Translations under genes and position numbers: made by a program
In this document: positions 1-13,828 of the stretch, piece by piece
Layout of the letters: each line of letters begins with the position of its first letter
How positions within the stretch are numbered: position 1 is the stretch's first letter
The notes under the pieces: model-generated
What the model saw: the letters and a program-made list of their open reading frames with translations, nothing else
The model's database searches: none
Told to the model about the DNA's origin: nothing
Assembly: GCA_040954595.2 (NCBI GenBank)
Contig: CM082591.2
Location: 7,244,047-7,308,046, forward strand
Direction of reading: 5' to 3'
Origin: Balanoglossus misakiensis
Lineage: Eukaryota; Animalia; Hemichordata
DNA: 64,000 bases

Positions 1-948
1 CTTGAATTGATTCCCGGACAATCTGCACAACTTCATTCATTATGTTGTGGTGAGACTTGTTGACATCTGACAAGAAAATAAAACATGCAAGGTTTCAAAG
101 TAGAATTTCACTTTTTCACTAATGAACTCTGACCTGGGACAGAGACCTTAGGTCCAACTAGTTTTGTGTACAATCAGTACATGCACTACCGACATTATCT
201 GTTTTGACTATTTTTTCCAGTATTTTTTTCTGAGTATCAACCATGGTTTCTTACTCAGTTCCCAAAAGCACAGGGCGCTCGATCTCAAAAAATAAAAAAA
301 AAAATAAAAATAAATTTGTTGTTGTTGTTGAAAATAATAATGATTGATATTAAAAAGAAATAAAAAAAATAGCGTCAAGGACACTTGGTGCTCTCTCAGC
401 ACTCTGTAGTGGATGACGAGCAGCATGTTTGGAGAACAGTGGTTTGGTATATGGGTGAAAGGAACAATTTGCAAACACCAAGGTGAAATGCTGAACTGTT
501 TTGCTCATGTAATATTGAATGCAGCCTGATAAGGTAGGTGCTTGGCAGAGGGAAAAAACACTTGTCAAGGGCTCTGATAACTGTTTTAAATTTAGTCTTA
601 AAAATGGCCCGCACACACAAATGGCCTCACACAAATATATTCTGTCATTTCCCCCTCAGATTTTGTATCTTATGTTATACTGATGGAATTCATTGTGTAT
701 AATTGTCATATCAAATTGCACCAGTGAAAGCTATGAGAAATGGGTTTTGAAAAAAAACAGTGCAAGTAGAAGTACTAGTCTAAAAGTGAAAGAAATACAT
801 TTTGAAAAAAAAAAAAATCAGACAGCATTCAAGATCAGCTGAAGTGGTTTGATAAAAAGTTCTCCATTTTCAAGTATATACTGTCATGTGCTGACTATAG
901 TAGTGTAGGTGTTAGCAAAAAAATACATGAATTATTCAAACAGAAAGT
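1..948 (+). repeat. Near-identical direct repeat of 12647-13592 (end of a 12,646-bp tandem duplication)
   Basis: Identical ORF translations at offset 12646 (208..474 vs 12854..13120 etc.); only homopolymer-length differences seen. Confidence 0.92.
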
Positions 949-1957
949 CACCAATATGACAATTACTGATTGAAAAGCAGACCATCTCTGGTTGGCTGGA
1001 AATAGGAACAAAATATTTGGCACAACAACATTACAGATAGTATATAAAGTTAGAAATACTTTGTATTATAATAGTCTGTCAATAAAATGACAGATAGCTT
1101 TTTTCTTTATATTGCAAAGCAATAGAAATAGTTTCAGAAATTGATGTTTGTCTTGTTGCCCTGGTTTGAAAAGCTACAAGTATAAGGTAGGCAATGATCC
1201 TTGAGACATTGTTCAAGAATTTTTATGTAAGACCTACTAATTCCAAAATTACAAGGCAAAGATTATTCCTGTACTGATCTGTTAAGATGTGTTACCATGA
1301 CAACAGTACTGTCACTAAATCCATTGAGCAGTGTAATAGGAACATTTTTATGGGTTACAAAGACCATAAATAAAGTTTAAAGTTAAATTAAAACACTAAC
1401 TTTAGCACATTACCAATGTTTTACAAAATACATTGAGGTTCAGTTGTCATGGTTACCAGTGAATAATGCTACCATCATACATTTTTTCCTAAAAATAATG
1501 GACCAAAGACTTATCCCTGAAACTCAGTTCAAGAATTGTTACGAAATGTCTACTGAGTCAAAAGTTACAAGTAAAAGATTATTTTTGAACTGATTTCTTT
1601 GAATGTGTTACCATGGCAACATCAACGATAGTATATCTATTGAATGGTTAAATAAGATAGTCTTTTATGTATATTATAATATCAAAAAGAGACAAAGTAC
1701 ATTTCCTCCTAGCTATATTGCAGAGAAAAAGAAATAGTTCAAGAAACTCATGGTTACTCTGGTTGCCATGGTTATTTGTCACTGTAAACATTGTGTAGAA
1801 AAACTACCCCTTAGTAGTTCAGTTGTCATAGCAATGATTCGTTTCTTTTGTAATATGTTTTCTCTTGTTAAAATGAACAATAAAACACTAACTCTAGCAT
1901 ATTCCTAATGCATTGAATACAGCATGTTTGACCTTTGACCTTTGTTTCACCTAATAG

Positions 1958-2775
1958 GTCACTGGTCAGTGAGGACACTGGATGGCCAAAGTCCAAAGCC
2001 AGGGCGAAAGTTTAAAGACCCATGTGGTATGGTGTTCCATGGTGACAAACTGGTGGTGTGTGACCGAGGCAACAGGGTTGTACAGATACTGAATCAAGAT
2101 TACACCTGTGACAAAGTCTTGGGAAGTTTTGATGGTCAGTTTGCACAGCCATTCCAGCCACGGGATGTAGCTGTCTCCCATGACAACATCTACTTCATAA
2201 ATGATGATGGAAATTCTCAAATTGTTGTTTGTGATCAAAACAATAAAATTCTTAGAATAATTACTCTACCTGTAGGCGTCTATCTCTGTGGCATCGCTCT
2301 ACTGAATGGATTTGTTTTGGTCACTGAGGTCAGAGGTCATCGGCTACTCAAGTACACCCAAGATGGTCAGTATGCTGCAGAAGTTGGTAGTCAAGGTGAT
2401 GGCCAAACACAATTCAGTTCCCCATACTCTGTGGTGGTCAACAGTAAGAATGTCATCATGGTGTCTGGCTGGGGCAATTACTGCATCAAGTGTTTTGATT
2501 CTGAATTGAAATTCTTGTATCAATTTGGTGTGAAAGGTTCAGGTCCTGGTCAGCTGAGGTTTCCATACAGCATTGACGTCGATGACGACGATAATTTGTT
2601 TGTGTGTGATTGGATGAATCATAGGATTGTGAAATGGAGATTTGATGGAGAGTGGATCTGTCACTTATTTGAAGGGGAGGTGAGACACCCTGATTTCCTT
2701 GCAGTCAGCGGTGACAGAATTGCTGTTAGAGAGTTCAACAGAGACCATATCAAAGTATTCTACAAGCAGACATAA
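1958..2775 (+). CDS. Orphan NHL-repeat terminal exon (copy A), open reading frame intact but no upstream exons in the window
   Basis: Paralog of 33953-34770 (same length, 37 aa differences); AATAG acceptor intact. Only ~1 kb of the cognate intron lies upstream before a junction at ~948 to intergenic sequence. Confidence 0.8.
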
Positions 2776-2871
2776 ACATCACCATGAAATGCATGTCCAC
2801 ACGACATCAAAAACAGTGACATTTGGGAGAAAATTTAGAGGCAGAGTCGATAAATTTACGATTGATCACTT

Positions 2872-3370
2872 GCCATGGCAACAAAGTTCAAACTGAACCA
2901 ATGTCACTTTCACAATTTTTGGAGTTATTTTCCACATTTTGAAGAAAAATTTCGGACAAAAATTAATTGTAGGTGCAGTCGCTACATGTACTGAGTGAAG
3001 ACGAAATAAACTGAGGCTGTTTTGAGTAATTTTTGCAGTTTATTTTGAGGGATTTTGAGACAAGACTGTTTGAAACTGAATGCATTTCGTCAACTTTGCA
3101 TGTAAACAATCAAAAATTGGGTTCTTTTTTCCACATTTACAAAGACCATTTTGGAAAAATAATATTTCAGCCTACAGTCGCTTCATATATCGAGTATAAA
3201 TAATCCAAATCTTAGTCGTTTTGGAGAATTTTTACTCGTTTTTTTTTCATGAATTTTGACATGGAGGGGTCTGAAAGTTTTAATGTACAGTCCACCTTCC
3301 GTCAGATCTCCATTGCATCCGAAAGGATGAAGGCGATTCATCAATTTATGTGTGCAAAATAATTCTAAAA
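2872..3370 (+). repeat. ~500-bp interspersed repeat, four copies (2872-3370, 21434-21920, 34868-35365, 55772-56240)
   Basis: Shared ccatggcaacaaagttca.actgaaccaatgtcact...gcatccgaaaggat, all in the same orientation. Confidence 0.8.
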
Positions 3371-4844
3371 ACTTACCTGTAAATCGCCAGAGATATATAT
3401 TGTATTGTGATCTGTAAATATTTCCATTCGATAGTCCAAAATAATTGTTATTTCAAATATATATGAAGAAAGGATGTGCGACCAGTAATCTTTTAGTTTT
3501 ACCGCCATTTGTTTTGAACTGTGTTGAGGGCGCACAGTTCAATGAACGAGGGGGCAGCTTGACTTCAACGGCAGAGGGCGCTATGACTATTTCTGCTATC
3601 AGGAATAGGAATCGATTGTGCTTCACGGTAAAGTGTGTTTTCGTCAGCGTAAAATGTATGTATGAACTTGGAGAAATATATTCATTTCATTCATTTGAGA
3701 CATATTTTAGTCGTTATTGTAAATAATCATGTTCTCTATTTGATATTGTAAATATCGTGGTATGTTCTTGAATTTGCTAGCAAGATAAACTTTTCACAAA
3801 CTTTAATAGGTAAACTTGATGAAATGGGAACTGTAGTATAAATATTCTCGTTGCCTTTTTTGCATTGTTGAACATAGCAGGTTTTTGTCAGCGTAAAAAT
3901 GTACATATGGACCTGGAGAAATATATTCATTTGAGGCATATATTTTAGTATGTATTGCTCTCTATTTGATATTGTAAATATCCTGTTCTCGTTATGTTCT
4001 TGAATTTGCAATCAAGTTTTCACAAGGGTAAACTTGATGAAATGGTACTGCCAGATTTTCAGATAACACCAAATCATTGTAGTGCAAGTGAATGACTTTT
4101 TGTGTCTAAATAAATTTAAATTTCAACTTAAGCTGTTTTCATTAGAGACATGTTGTCTACCATCCATAAAGGAAATATCACTTGAAATTGTAACTGCCTT
4201 TTACACTTGCTTGTTATTTAAGATTACGTACAGTGCCCTGCTGATAAATGTCATAGGTCCTGATGTAGTCTGTATGCCCAGTAATAACAAGTGTATGTGA
4301 ATATATGTACAGTTCTATGTACAATGTATATGCATGCAGCAGTGCATCATGGGATGTTGTAGCCAGACACAAAAATACTGAGGCAAACAGCATCATTTTT
4401 CATCATGCAATATTTAATAACACGATCATCATGTGACGACGTTATTAATACAACTTGTGTTCTATAAAGTTACACGGTGTGCAGCTGTTTTGTCTATATT
4501 GGTAATGTCTCAACATGCATGTGATCGCAATTATTTAAAATCTGGTCTTTTTTCTCTCAATCATGTTTATACATCAGAAATACCCTGACAAACACATAAC
4601 AGCTACATCACTATAGTTACATAAAACTCTTTTGAATACACATAAACAGTGCACTACAGACTACAGTATTTAGTCAACATGGCAAGATATCTTCTTTGGC
4701 TTTTTGCTTGATTCATTCCAATATCAGGTTGTCATGGAAACAGACCACTATCAAAAGAATGATCCAGCAAACATCACGCTGACTTCATCACCATAAGGGA
4801 ATGATTCTGGCTTCCAATAATGTGTATGATAGAACACTATAATC

Positions 4845-5681
4845 GGACGTCTCCCTATCTATTGTACCACCATAAAACGTTGCATCGCTTACTGGTTAAA
4901 ACTCCTCGAAATGCCACCCCATAGAATTCCAAGGCAGGCATATTTGATGTTGTGTAATTTAGACAATATGGGTAGAAATACTTGGGCAACCTCAGTAAAG
5001 GATATTTTATTTTCATTCGGATTTGGGTTTGCCTGGGTTTCTCAGGACGTTGGTGACAAAAAACATTTTCTGTATATCTTCGAAAATAGAGTCAAAGATG
5101 TATACAAACAACGTTGGATCGAAAAAGCTTCACTGAAACCCAAACTCCGCACATATATCCAATTCAAAAGTTTACTAGAGCCTGAGAGATATTTGTATCT
5201 TCACTGTAATCACCAAGCTATCCGAATATTTACATATTTTCGCTAGTTCAGTACTCCCTCTTGCGATCGAAGAAGGCAGGAGAGATAACATTGCTTCGGC
5301 TTTTAGATTTTGTAAAGTTTGTAACACAAATATGGTAGAAGATGAATACCACTTTCTTGTAATTTGCCCACTGTACAATAATTTGAGAATACGGTACTTA
5401 CCAAAGGAATTGTTTCTGGAACCAAATTTCTGTAAATTTCTAAGGTTTATGAGGTCATCTCTTTCAGATGACCTACTTAGTCTCTGTAATTTTGTCCATA
5501 GAGCTTTCAGACTTCGAGAAAAAGCTGTAATGTACGTTTACTCACAGTGATGCGATCTGTGTTCTGATATACCTTGCTATGCACTCCATTTATATGTTTT
5601 GTTGTATCTCTCTTTTGGAAAAAATCTAAATGTACCCCCTTTGCATATGGGCCGGCGGCCTTAAAACGCAAATAAAAGATT
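4845..5681 (+). mobile_element. 3' fragment of a related non-LTR retrotransposon with a 12-bp target-site duplication
   Basis: ORFs 4911-5246 and 5332-5550 (KLRTY..FK...E.YL, EDEYHFLVICP); TSD AACACTATAATC at 4833-4844 and 5682-5693. Confidence 0.85.
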
Positions 5682-7233
5682 AACACTATAATCAAAGAGA
5701 GAAAAACAAAACAGAAGTCTGTTAATTTGTATGTTGGGTTAAAGCTCAGAGAGAAAGTAACTTCTTGTGACGGAAAGAATATAACACATCGCCCTCTTTG
5801 TTGAATTCAGCCCTGTTACAAAATTGAAATTTGAGCATGCATTGTGTACTCACATATATCCATGGGTTGCAGTACAACGCTGATGTCTGTACAGTTTTGA
5901 TGACAGTTCGGACTGGGCAAGAGAACGATTTCTCTTTGCCCTGATCCCTGCGACAACCAACCATTGGCTGCTTGTAATCCAGGCTGCAATGAAGAAGATG
6001 TGCAAGATGAAATGGCTAATAGGATGTGGAAATAATGATTTCAGTCTGAAGTAAGGATGCAATACAAGAGATGTGTACTGGTACATATAGCCGGGCCAAT
6101 CATGCTTGCATTAACATTGGGTACTGTACACAGCTATTTGACAACAATCAGCCCTATCAGGTCTGTCGATCAGTTTGCACTCTGATTTTTTCCTCAAAGC
6201 TGAACACACTACAGCTAAGTACCAGAGACGTGCACATCATAATTAAAGGTATACAGTCACCTCCAATTTACATACGCCCATATATGGCTGAAATGGCGTA
6301 TTTGAGTGTTCTAAAGAACATGGTGGAGCTCTTTTTTTTCGCGTGTGCCACCCACTGAAAATCTGTGATTGGCTAGATCTCAATTTGCCATGGTAACTAT
6401 AGCTATTTTTCCATAGGTGACCGTATAACTTTAAGTACTAATGATTGTTTTACTTACAATCTGAAATGACTCAGCCTTTGGACTATCAATGAAAACATAT
6501 TTCTCAAGAGTAACTTCTGCCTTCTCCGGCACAAAGTACGGCCTCGGAAATAAATCACGCAACAAACGTACACCTGCTACACGCTGTGTTCACCTACAAA
6601 ATAAAAATATTTAAATATTTAAAGTATAAAAAGCTTTCAATCACATCCACCAATCAAATGCTTCACAAAATGCACCATGTGAATAACACACTTCGATTGG
6701 ATATAGTTGTCAGCCAGTTCATTTGCCAGATGGTCTGTGAGGGGCCACTTCCATCATTCGAAACTCAGTCTTTGACGGACAAACATCATGGCTGAAAGTA
6801 GTGACAACAAGGACTGATTCATTACCCACAGCAATTTCAGACAAGCAAGTGAAGTTCGTAATGGCGATGTGTACACTGTGTGCTGTGCAATCTAAACTTT
6901 GCGGTGGTGCTCTCTTGTGTTGACGGCCTAGCCATTCCTCCCAATTATATTGTCAGTATATAACACGAACACGTGTCACTGAAAACTTATCTTAAAATCA
7001 AAATGAAAAACAATATACTTTGTTTTCTATGCTGCTGACAGATTGATACACGTCCATTTCTTATATCTATAAAGTGTATCTTGTATAACATTCTTGTTCA
7101 AAATGCTTATGTAACCGAATTCTGATATACATGTACAATGTCGATGTCATAGATATACATGTTGATGTCATAGATATACATCATATGAATAGCATGAATA
7201 AATTTACTGCAAATAAATTGAAATATCAGATAA

Positions 7234-7641
7234 GGCCAGAGAGAAAAAAAATCTTGTTCATCGGATTTTTTGGACGTAGTTCCAGGAACGGCGAGCGAAT
7301 TTTTTTATTTTTTATAGGCTGAAGGTAAATGCGGTTCTCCGGCATATTTGCACAGATGCAGACAAGGCGAGATTATTGTTTCCCTTTTTACCAGAAATAT
7401 TTCAGACGAAAACACTGATACATGTACTTGTAACTGAATTCCATACTATATTTCCCAACAATAACATAGGCAATTAACTTTACAGTTGGTGTTTGCACAT
7501 TAACATATTCTGGCCACCAGCTGCAGTACTAAGAATTTTGTAACGCGGAAGTAGAATTGGCCGAGATCCAAAAATAAAATTCCAAATCAGCCAAAGTAGA
7601 AGCGGCGATTCCGATGAACAACTTATTTTTTCTTCCTCGCC
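7234..7641. mobile_element. Harbinger/Tourist-like MITE with ~30-bp imperfect TIRs and TAA TSD
   Basis: TAA|GGCCAGAGAGAAAAAAAATCTTGTTCATCGGA ... TCCGATGAACAACTTATTTTTTCTTCCTCGCC|TAA. Confidence 0.7.
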
Positions 7642-8932
7642 TAAGGTTGAGATTCTATTGACTACCGACCCAACATGTACGGTCCAATATGAAAGCAGCT
7701 GTCTGTGACCAACTCCAAAATTGCGCCCCCAAACACCACCACCACTACGTACGTGATTCCAAAAGACGAGTTTTTATTATTTTTTTGCCATTTCTTTATT
7801 TTCATCTAAAAATGATCACCAAAATTGAGAATTGACAATTGTGTGCAAGTTTAAAAAAGACAATAATTGTTTGTAACCATATCTTTTCTGATGATTACTC
7901 CTGAAATTGAGAGAAGATACTTTGTAGCTGAAGGAAATATTTTCTAAAATTCTATAAATTACATATATTATAGCGTTTTGCAACTATTAGTACATTCTAT
8001 ATTTAAAATTAGCTTTCTGAATGTGAACATTCTAGACAAATGCATACAAATATCTGGCATAAACTCTAAGTTTTACACAAAGTTAGAAAAAAAAGATGTT
8101 TTTCATAATTTCATAATTTTATCACACATTTGTGTTTTGAATTGAAATGCACAATTATCCAAAAACAAAAATGACTTTATCTAAAATAGTGAGTGTTGCC
8201 CAGTTTTCTGTTAGATAACAGATTTATATTTGCTTAAAGCAAAACACACAGTTGATTCAGAAAGATATGTAATATTTCAATAAATGCCCTGATTTGCTAA
8301 TCTCAAAATTGGCCATCTTTTATTCAACTTTTTCTTAAAGGAATATTTTTCAAAAAGCTTACATTTTATCATAATCAATAATAAATCTATCTAAACAATT
8401 TATGCCATGCTGATGCCATGCAGACTTTAATAAACATGATTGTCAACCATTTACATAATCCTAAGTCATATGTGCATATCCTAATTATCAATTTTAGTTC
8501 CGGCATGCTGGACTCATTTTTGTGTTGTCTGCTTGGAGATGGCACCATGTTTTGGAAGGGCGCCCTCTATAGCAAAAAGGCGTACACAGATCAAAATGAA
8601 GCTCAACCTACAATACTAACTTCAGCTTTGAGCAGATTTTCAAAATATCCCAGCATTACGAACCCCGACATCTGCTATGGATGTACAATCATGACCATAT
8701 GCACACTATGTAAAAGTAAATCTATCAACTGCACATCATCCCACCAACCACTAAGGATAATTTCAGCCTCTCGTCTTATAAAAGATCCATGAAAAATTTG
8801 AGAACAGATTTGGAAGACGATGATTATTTTGAAAATTGGTTGCGAAGGTTACAGTGTATTCAGAGCATTCAGCAGTTATTAAACATAGATTTTACATATC
8901 ATGTCAATCTCAACATTATTACGTTTAATTGT

Positions 8933-9148
8933 CAAGGTTCTCAACACGCTGGTTAGCAGTGGTCAGGCCGACCAGCACTTACGTAAAAGGCTGCCAGCAG
9001 GTACTAAATGTATTGTATACTCAATCCAGTCTATTGTCTTATTTTGATATGTTGATGAATGGATATGACTTGCAACAGACATGAATATTAATAAGCATGA
9101 ATATTAATGAGTTGCCACTGAACTCAAGTCAACCTGGTGAGAACCCTG
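8933..9148. mobile_element. Small hAT-like MITE (CAGGGTTCTCA...TGAGAACCCTG); paralog 37414-37642
   Basis: 11-bp TIRs perfect in the 37414 copy; TSD degraded. Confidence 0.5.
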
Positions 9149-10647
9149 GATTGTATTTGACACCAACAGATATTTTTCACATGATTTGTAATTTTCAAGA
9201 ATTATTTTTCTTCAAGAATATACCACAGGTCTAGCACAATTGAATGTAATTGAGCCATAAACTTCTGTTGTAATCTAAGTTTTATCTTAAAAACTCTTAG
9301 TACGATGTCTGCTTCTCTTGAATATTAAATTGTTTAAAAAATATAGCTAAAATTGCTACATTCTAGAAGACTTAATGAATAAAGTTGAAATGGCTGATGT
9401 GCAATAGTCTTGCTGAACTCTCTAATTGGTGACAATTGTCTTTGTGAAAGTCATAAAACTGATTCTTTTAAAGGGCGACGATCATCTTATGTGCATGTGC
9501 CAAACCAGTGACAGTGGCAATTTAGTTTGTGTAAATCACTCATCAATATCCATGACAACCTGTCAGAATAAGATGCAATATGAAATGTGACCATATTTTG
9601 AAATACATGTAACCAATGAACTCTGACATGAGACAATGACCACTTTTTACCTCAGAGTTTGGACACTGTTCATCAAATACCAAGAATGGCTGATTGTCTG
9701 ACCCAACACAGAGAATATGCAAATCTACTTTAGCATGAAAGCAGCCAAATGCAAGAAAAAAATTATCCTACGATCACATCTTTAAATGTTTTGAAAAATT
9801 TAGAAAGAAAACATGGTACAATAATCTAAATTTGACAAACTTATTATACCTAGTACTGTATTCGTATTAAATATGCAGGACTCTATTTCAGAAAAAATAT
9901 TGCATCAATACATGCTACAACTACTAATCTACATAGAAATGCAGCATTTATTTTTGTCTATTACACATTATAAGCATCATTATTGGCACGGTTACCCATC
10001 TTTCCATGATATTTTGCCAGAGCATCAGTGATGCAGAAGTTAATGAAACACCCAGCTGTCAGGTAAAAAAGCCTGCCATTATTGAAATTCTTCAATATCA
10101 ATCACATGATCTGGCCATGTGATCCGCAGCATTGTCATTTCCAGGTGACGGGCAAGCAATATTTCAGCATCCAGTAAAAGTTTTTCCGGGTATGTTTGTA
10201 GATATACTTAAAAACCGCCAGACATGTAACATGTATCAGGTATGGTGCCTCATCAGCCTTATGGCATTTCGTCTGCACAGTTGTCATCTGTACCATGTTG
10301 CTGAATTTGCCCATCATCTGGAAATTTGAATGCCAACGTAACTGCATCTGGGCGCATCTGATGTCATTTGATATCGAAGAATAATCAAATATCAGATTGG
10401 TGGATCAATGCAAATGTTGCTTTTTTATCAGCTTTAACCCTTTCACCCCCATTCCCAGTAGAAAGGTCCAGAACTGGTACAGAGAACAATGGAGTTGGAC
10501 CAAACCATAGTGAACACGGCAGTATTTGTTTGTGCAAAATCAAAATGACAAATAAGATGACGAGAGATGACTTCATGGTGACTTCCGATTTTCCCATGAA
10601 GTCATGATGTGCATTGAGGACGATTTTCCATTCATCTTGTTAAGATT

Positions 10648-11075
10648 AATAGAATATCACACTCCCAAGGACCTGGGATCGTATTTCTCACACGAGTTGG
10701 GGATTTTCTGTCCCACACGAGCCGCAGGCGAGTGTGGGACAGAATATCCCCGACGAGTGTCAGAAATACGATCCCAGGTCCTTGGTGTGTGAGATTCTAT
10801 TTCTCACACCGTCACAAATTAGCCAAATTTGTATTAAAACATTGAATAATTGACTGTGGAAGTGACGGCTGGCACGTTGTAGTTTTTGTCTGTGTAATAC
10901 ACATCGCGCCATTGGATAACATTTAGCGCGTGTTAATTGAAGAATGTCTTGTTGTCCAATCAGCGTTCGCATCATATACAGCTTTCGATCCAGTGAGAGT
11001 ATGGGATCGATTTGTTCTCACACTCTGATCCCACACTCTCCGCGTGCAAGGAATGTGAGAACAGATTATCCATTA
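10648..11075. repeat. Palindrome-rich interspersed element with a ~150-bp imperfect hairpin (10648-10800); paralog ~39131-39525
   Basis: atagaatatcacactcccaaggacctgggatcgtatttct...agaaatacgatcccaggtccttggtgtgtgagattctat, with repeated CTCACAC motifs. Confidence 0.6.
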
Positions 11076-11769
11076 GTAAGGCATTCTTGACAGTGTATTC
11101 ACGATGCTATCCATCTTCTAAAGATCTTGGACACAGCAATTACACACCATGTACTTTTTGTGATCTCACGACACAATGTTCTAAAGAGTTGGCCGACTGA
11201 CTTTTGTGAGTCCAATACTTTCCAGAACCTCTCTCACTTCATCATAAGCCTCTGGTTGTTCAATGGTTGGTGGAATCTAAAATTGAATCAAAGAATTCAC
11301 TCATTAGACTGTCAGATTTCTTTCAAGCTCCTGTAACTTGTTCCAACAAGCTCTTTTCTGCTGGTTTTGTTAAGAAGCTAAAAATTGGAAGGGTGCGCTC
11401 TTTATGAAAAAGGCATATTGTTAATTTTTTGCAATTTTGCGCTGTTGGAGTGATGGTTGTCCTGTAAATGCAGAAGACGGCTTGAGTACTTTTAAAATGG
11501 ACAGTTGAATAAATGGGTGCCACACCTGTTTATTATTTAACTTGTTCATATTTAAATATACATGTACAGCCATAATTGACTATTGGGGATTCATTGCATT
11601 ACAGGATTGCAATGAATAGAATGCACTCTATGCCAATATGAAACACTACAAACTCACAGACATATAAAAAAAACTTTTTATATTCGCGAGTGATGACAAG
11701 CTGTGCAGAGACAGATGGACTCAAACCGACTTGAAGATAATAGACACACACTGCCATCAATCACCTTAA

Positions 11770-11854
11770 CCCTTTCACCACCATGGTTCAGTCCAAACCC
11801 ATTGTTTTCTATGGTAAGGTTGGACCTCTAAAGAGGGAACTGGGGGTGAAAGGG
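11770..11854. mobile_element. 85-bp piggyBac-type MITE (TTAA-CCCTTTCACC...GGTGAAAGGG-TTAA); paralog ~40104-40188, relative at ~10438
   Basis: 10-bp TIRs with TTAA on both sides. Confidence 0.7.
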
Positions 11855-12553
11855 TTAAGCCCTTTGATCTCACAGCCTTGGTGACCTATACTGTAACCCT
11901 AACAGTGCCAAGTCAGTAGCAAACGGTGTCATCTTCATACACTTTCATACCCCCTAGAGTACCAGGCATGCCATGACTATGGAGAATCTGAACATGTATC
12001 ATCAGTGTATTGTGAAATATTTTGACAGCAGAGTCAACATTCAGTCGCTTCTGCTACTAATTTTTTCAGGCCAAGCTGGTCTTAAAGAGACAAAGTCGCT
12101 CTCTCACTGCCCCTTTTCCATTGTTTATGTTTGATACAAGACACTGTTTATGTTAATGTTAATGGTAGAGACCGATTTTTCATTTTGGCAAGTTTTTTTC
12201 ACTCTCATGTCTACAAGCAGGATGGAAGTTGTGTGTGGTTGAAAGTTGATGCACTATATATCCACATGTAGAATAACATAAACGGTGTCTTGTATCAAAC
12301 ATAATTATTGGAAAGAGGGCAGTGAGAGAGAGAGAGAGACTTTGTCCCCCTAAACGTGTCCGTTGGATAGATAAATCAAGCCATTCAATCCACCCGGTCA
12401 AAATACACACATGGCAAAGAAACAAAAGATATCCAACTCGGTCAAAGTATGTCCAATGGCCCATAGAGGCAATACATATTTTATCACGTTCCATACCTGG
12501 TAGGGTTAGGGATAAAGTCCTTTTTTCAGACCACAGTTCAAATGCTATCTCAC

Positions 12554-12712
12554 CTTAAAAGGTTGTCCATTGGCCATCGACATCAAAGTTGACCTCGAGA
12601 TCTTTCCAGATGTAGTTTTCGGCAATTTTGTCACAATGACAGCTTTCTTGAATTGATTCCCGGACAATCTGCACAACTTCATTCATTATGTTGTGGTGAG
12701 ACTTGTTGACAT
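12554..12712 (-). pseudogene. ACSS3-like exon fragment with a 17-nt frameshifting deletion (same allele also at 1-66)
   Basis: Matches 40607-40782 but lacks gcagcaacgggtcctat; GTGAG donor retained. Confidence 0.7.
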
Positions 12713-13828
12713 CTGACAAGAAAATAAAACATGCAAGGTTTCAAAGTAGAATTTCACTTTTTCACTAATGAACTCTGACCTGGGACAGAGACCTTAGGTC
12801 CAACTAGTTTTGTGTACAATCAGTACATGCACTACCGACATTATCTGTTTTGACTATTTTTTCCAGTATTTTTTTCTGAGTATCAACCATGGTTTCTTAC
12901 TCAGTTCCCAAAAGCACAGGGCGCTCGATCTCAAAAAATAAAAAAAAAAATAAAAATAAATTTGTTGTTGTTGTTGAAAATAATAATGATTGATATTAAA
13001 AAGAAATAAAAAAAATAGCGTCAAGGACACTTGGTGCTCTCTCAGCACTCTGTAGTGGATGACGAGCAGCATGTTTGGAGAACAGTGGTTTGGTATATGG
13101 GTGAAAGGAACAATTTGCAAACACCAAGGTGAAATGCTGAACTGTTTTGCTCATGTAATATTGAATGCAGCCTGATAAGGTAGGTGCTTGGCAGAGGGAA
13201 AAAACACTTGTCAAGGGCTCTGATAACTGTTTTAAATTTAGTCTTAAAAATGGCCCGCACACACAAATGGCCTCACACAAATATATTCTGTCATTTCCCC
13301 CTCAGATTTTGTATCTTATGTTATACTGATGGAATTCATTGTGTATAATTGTCATATCAAATTGCACCAGTGAAAGCTATGAGAAATGGGTTTTGAAAAA
13401 AAACAGTGCAAGTAGAAGTACTAGTCTAAAAGTGAAAGAAATACATTTTGAAAAAAAAAAATCAGACAGCATTCAAGATCAGCTGAAGTGGTTTGATAAA
13501 AAGTTCTCCATTTTCAAGTATATACTGTCATGTGCTGACTATAGTAGTGTAGGTGTTAGCAAAAAAATACATGAATTATTCAAACAGAAAGTTCAATCAT
13601 TTAGTTTCCCAGTTGATGGGAGCATAGCAGTTGTGAACATAGTATATGAAATAATTTAAAATAGTCATTGCTCTCTGGTCCATCATTTTCGGTAGAAGTG
13701 ACCTGATTTCACATCAATAGTTTCCCACCCGTCATTTCAAGCTAATTTCATGTAGAACAAAACTCCTATACAGCATAATGACATTTCTAGAACCCTTTTT
13801 TGCTGGTTGGGCCCACAGACTAACACTA

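Noticed and set aside
1942-1957. TTG start codons given by the ORF track for the NHL ORFs (1942 and 33937)
   Set aside because: They lie in the polypyrimidine tract; the real boundary is a splice acceptor at 1957/33952.
8418-8792. 124-aa ORF (and paralog 36899-37195) as a gene
   Set aside because: Frameshifted between copies, no recognisable motif, and lies in repeat-like sequence.
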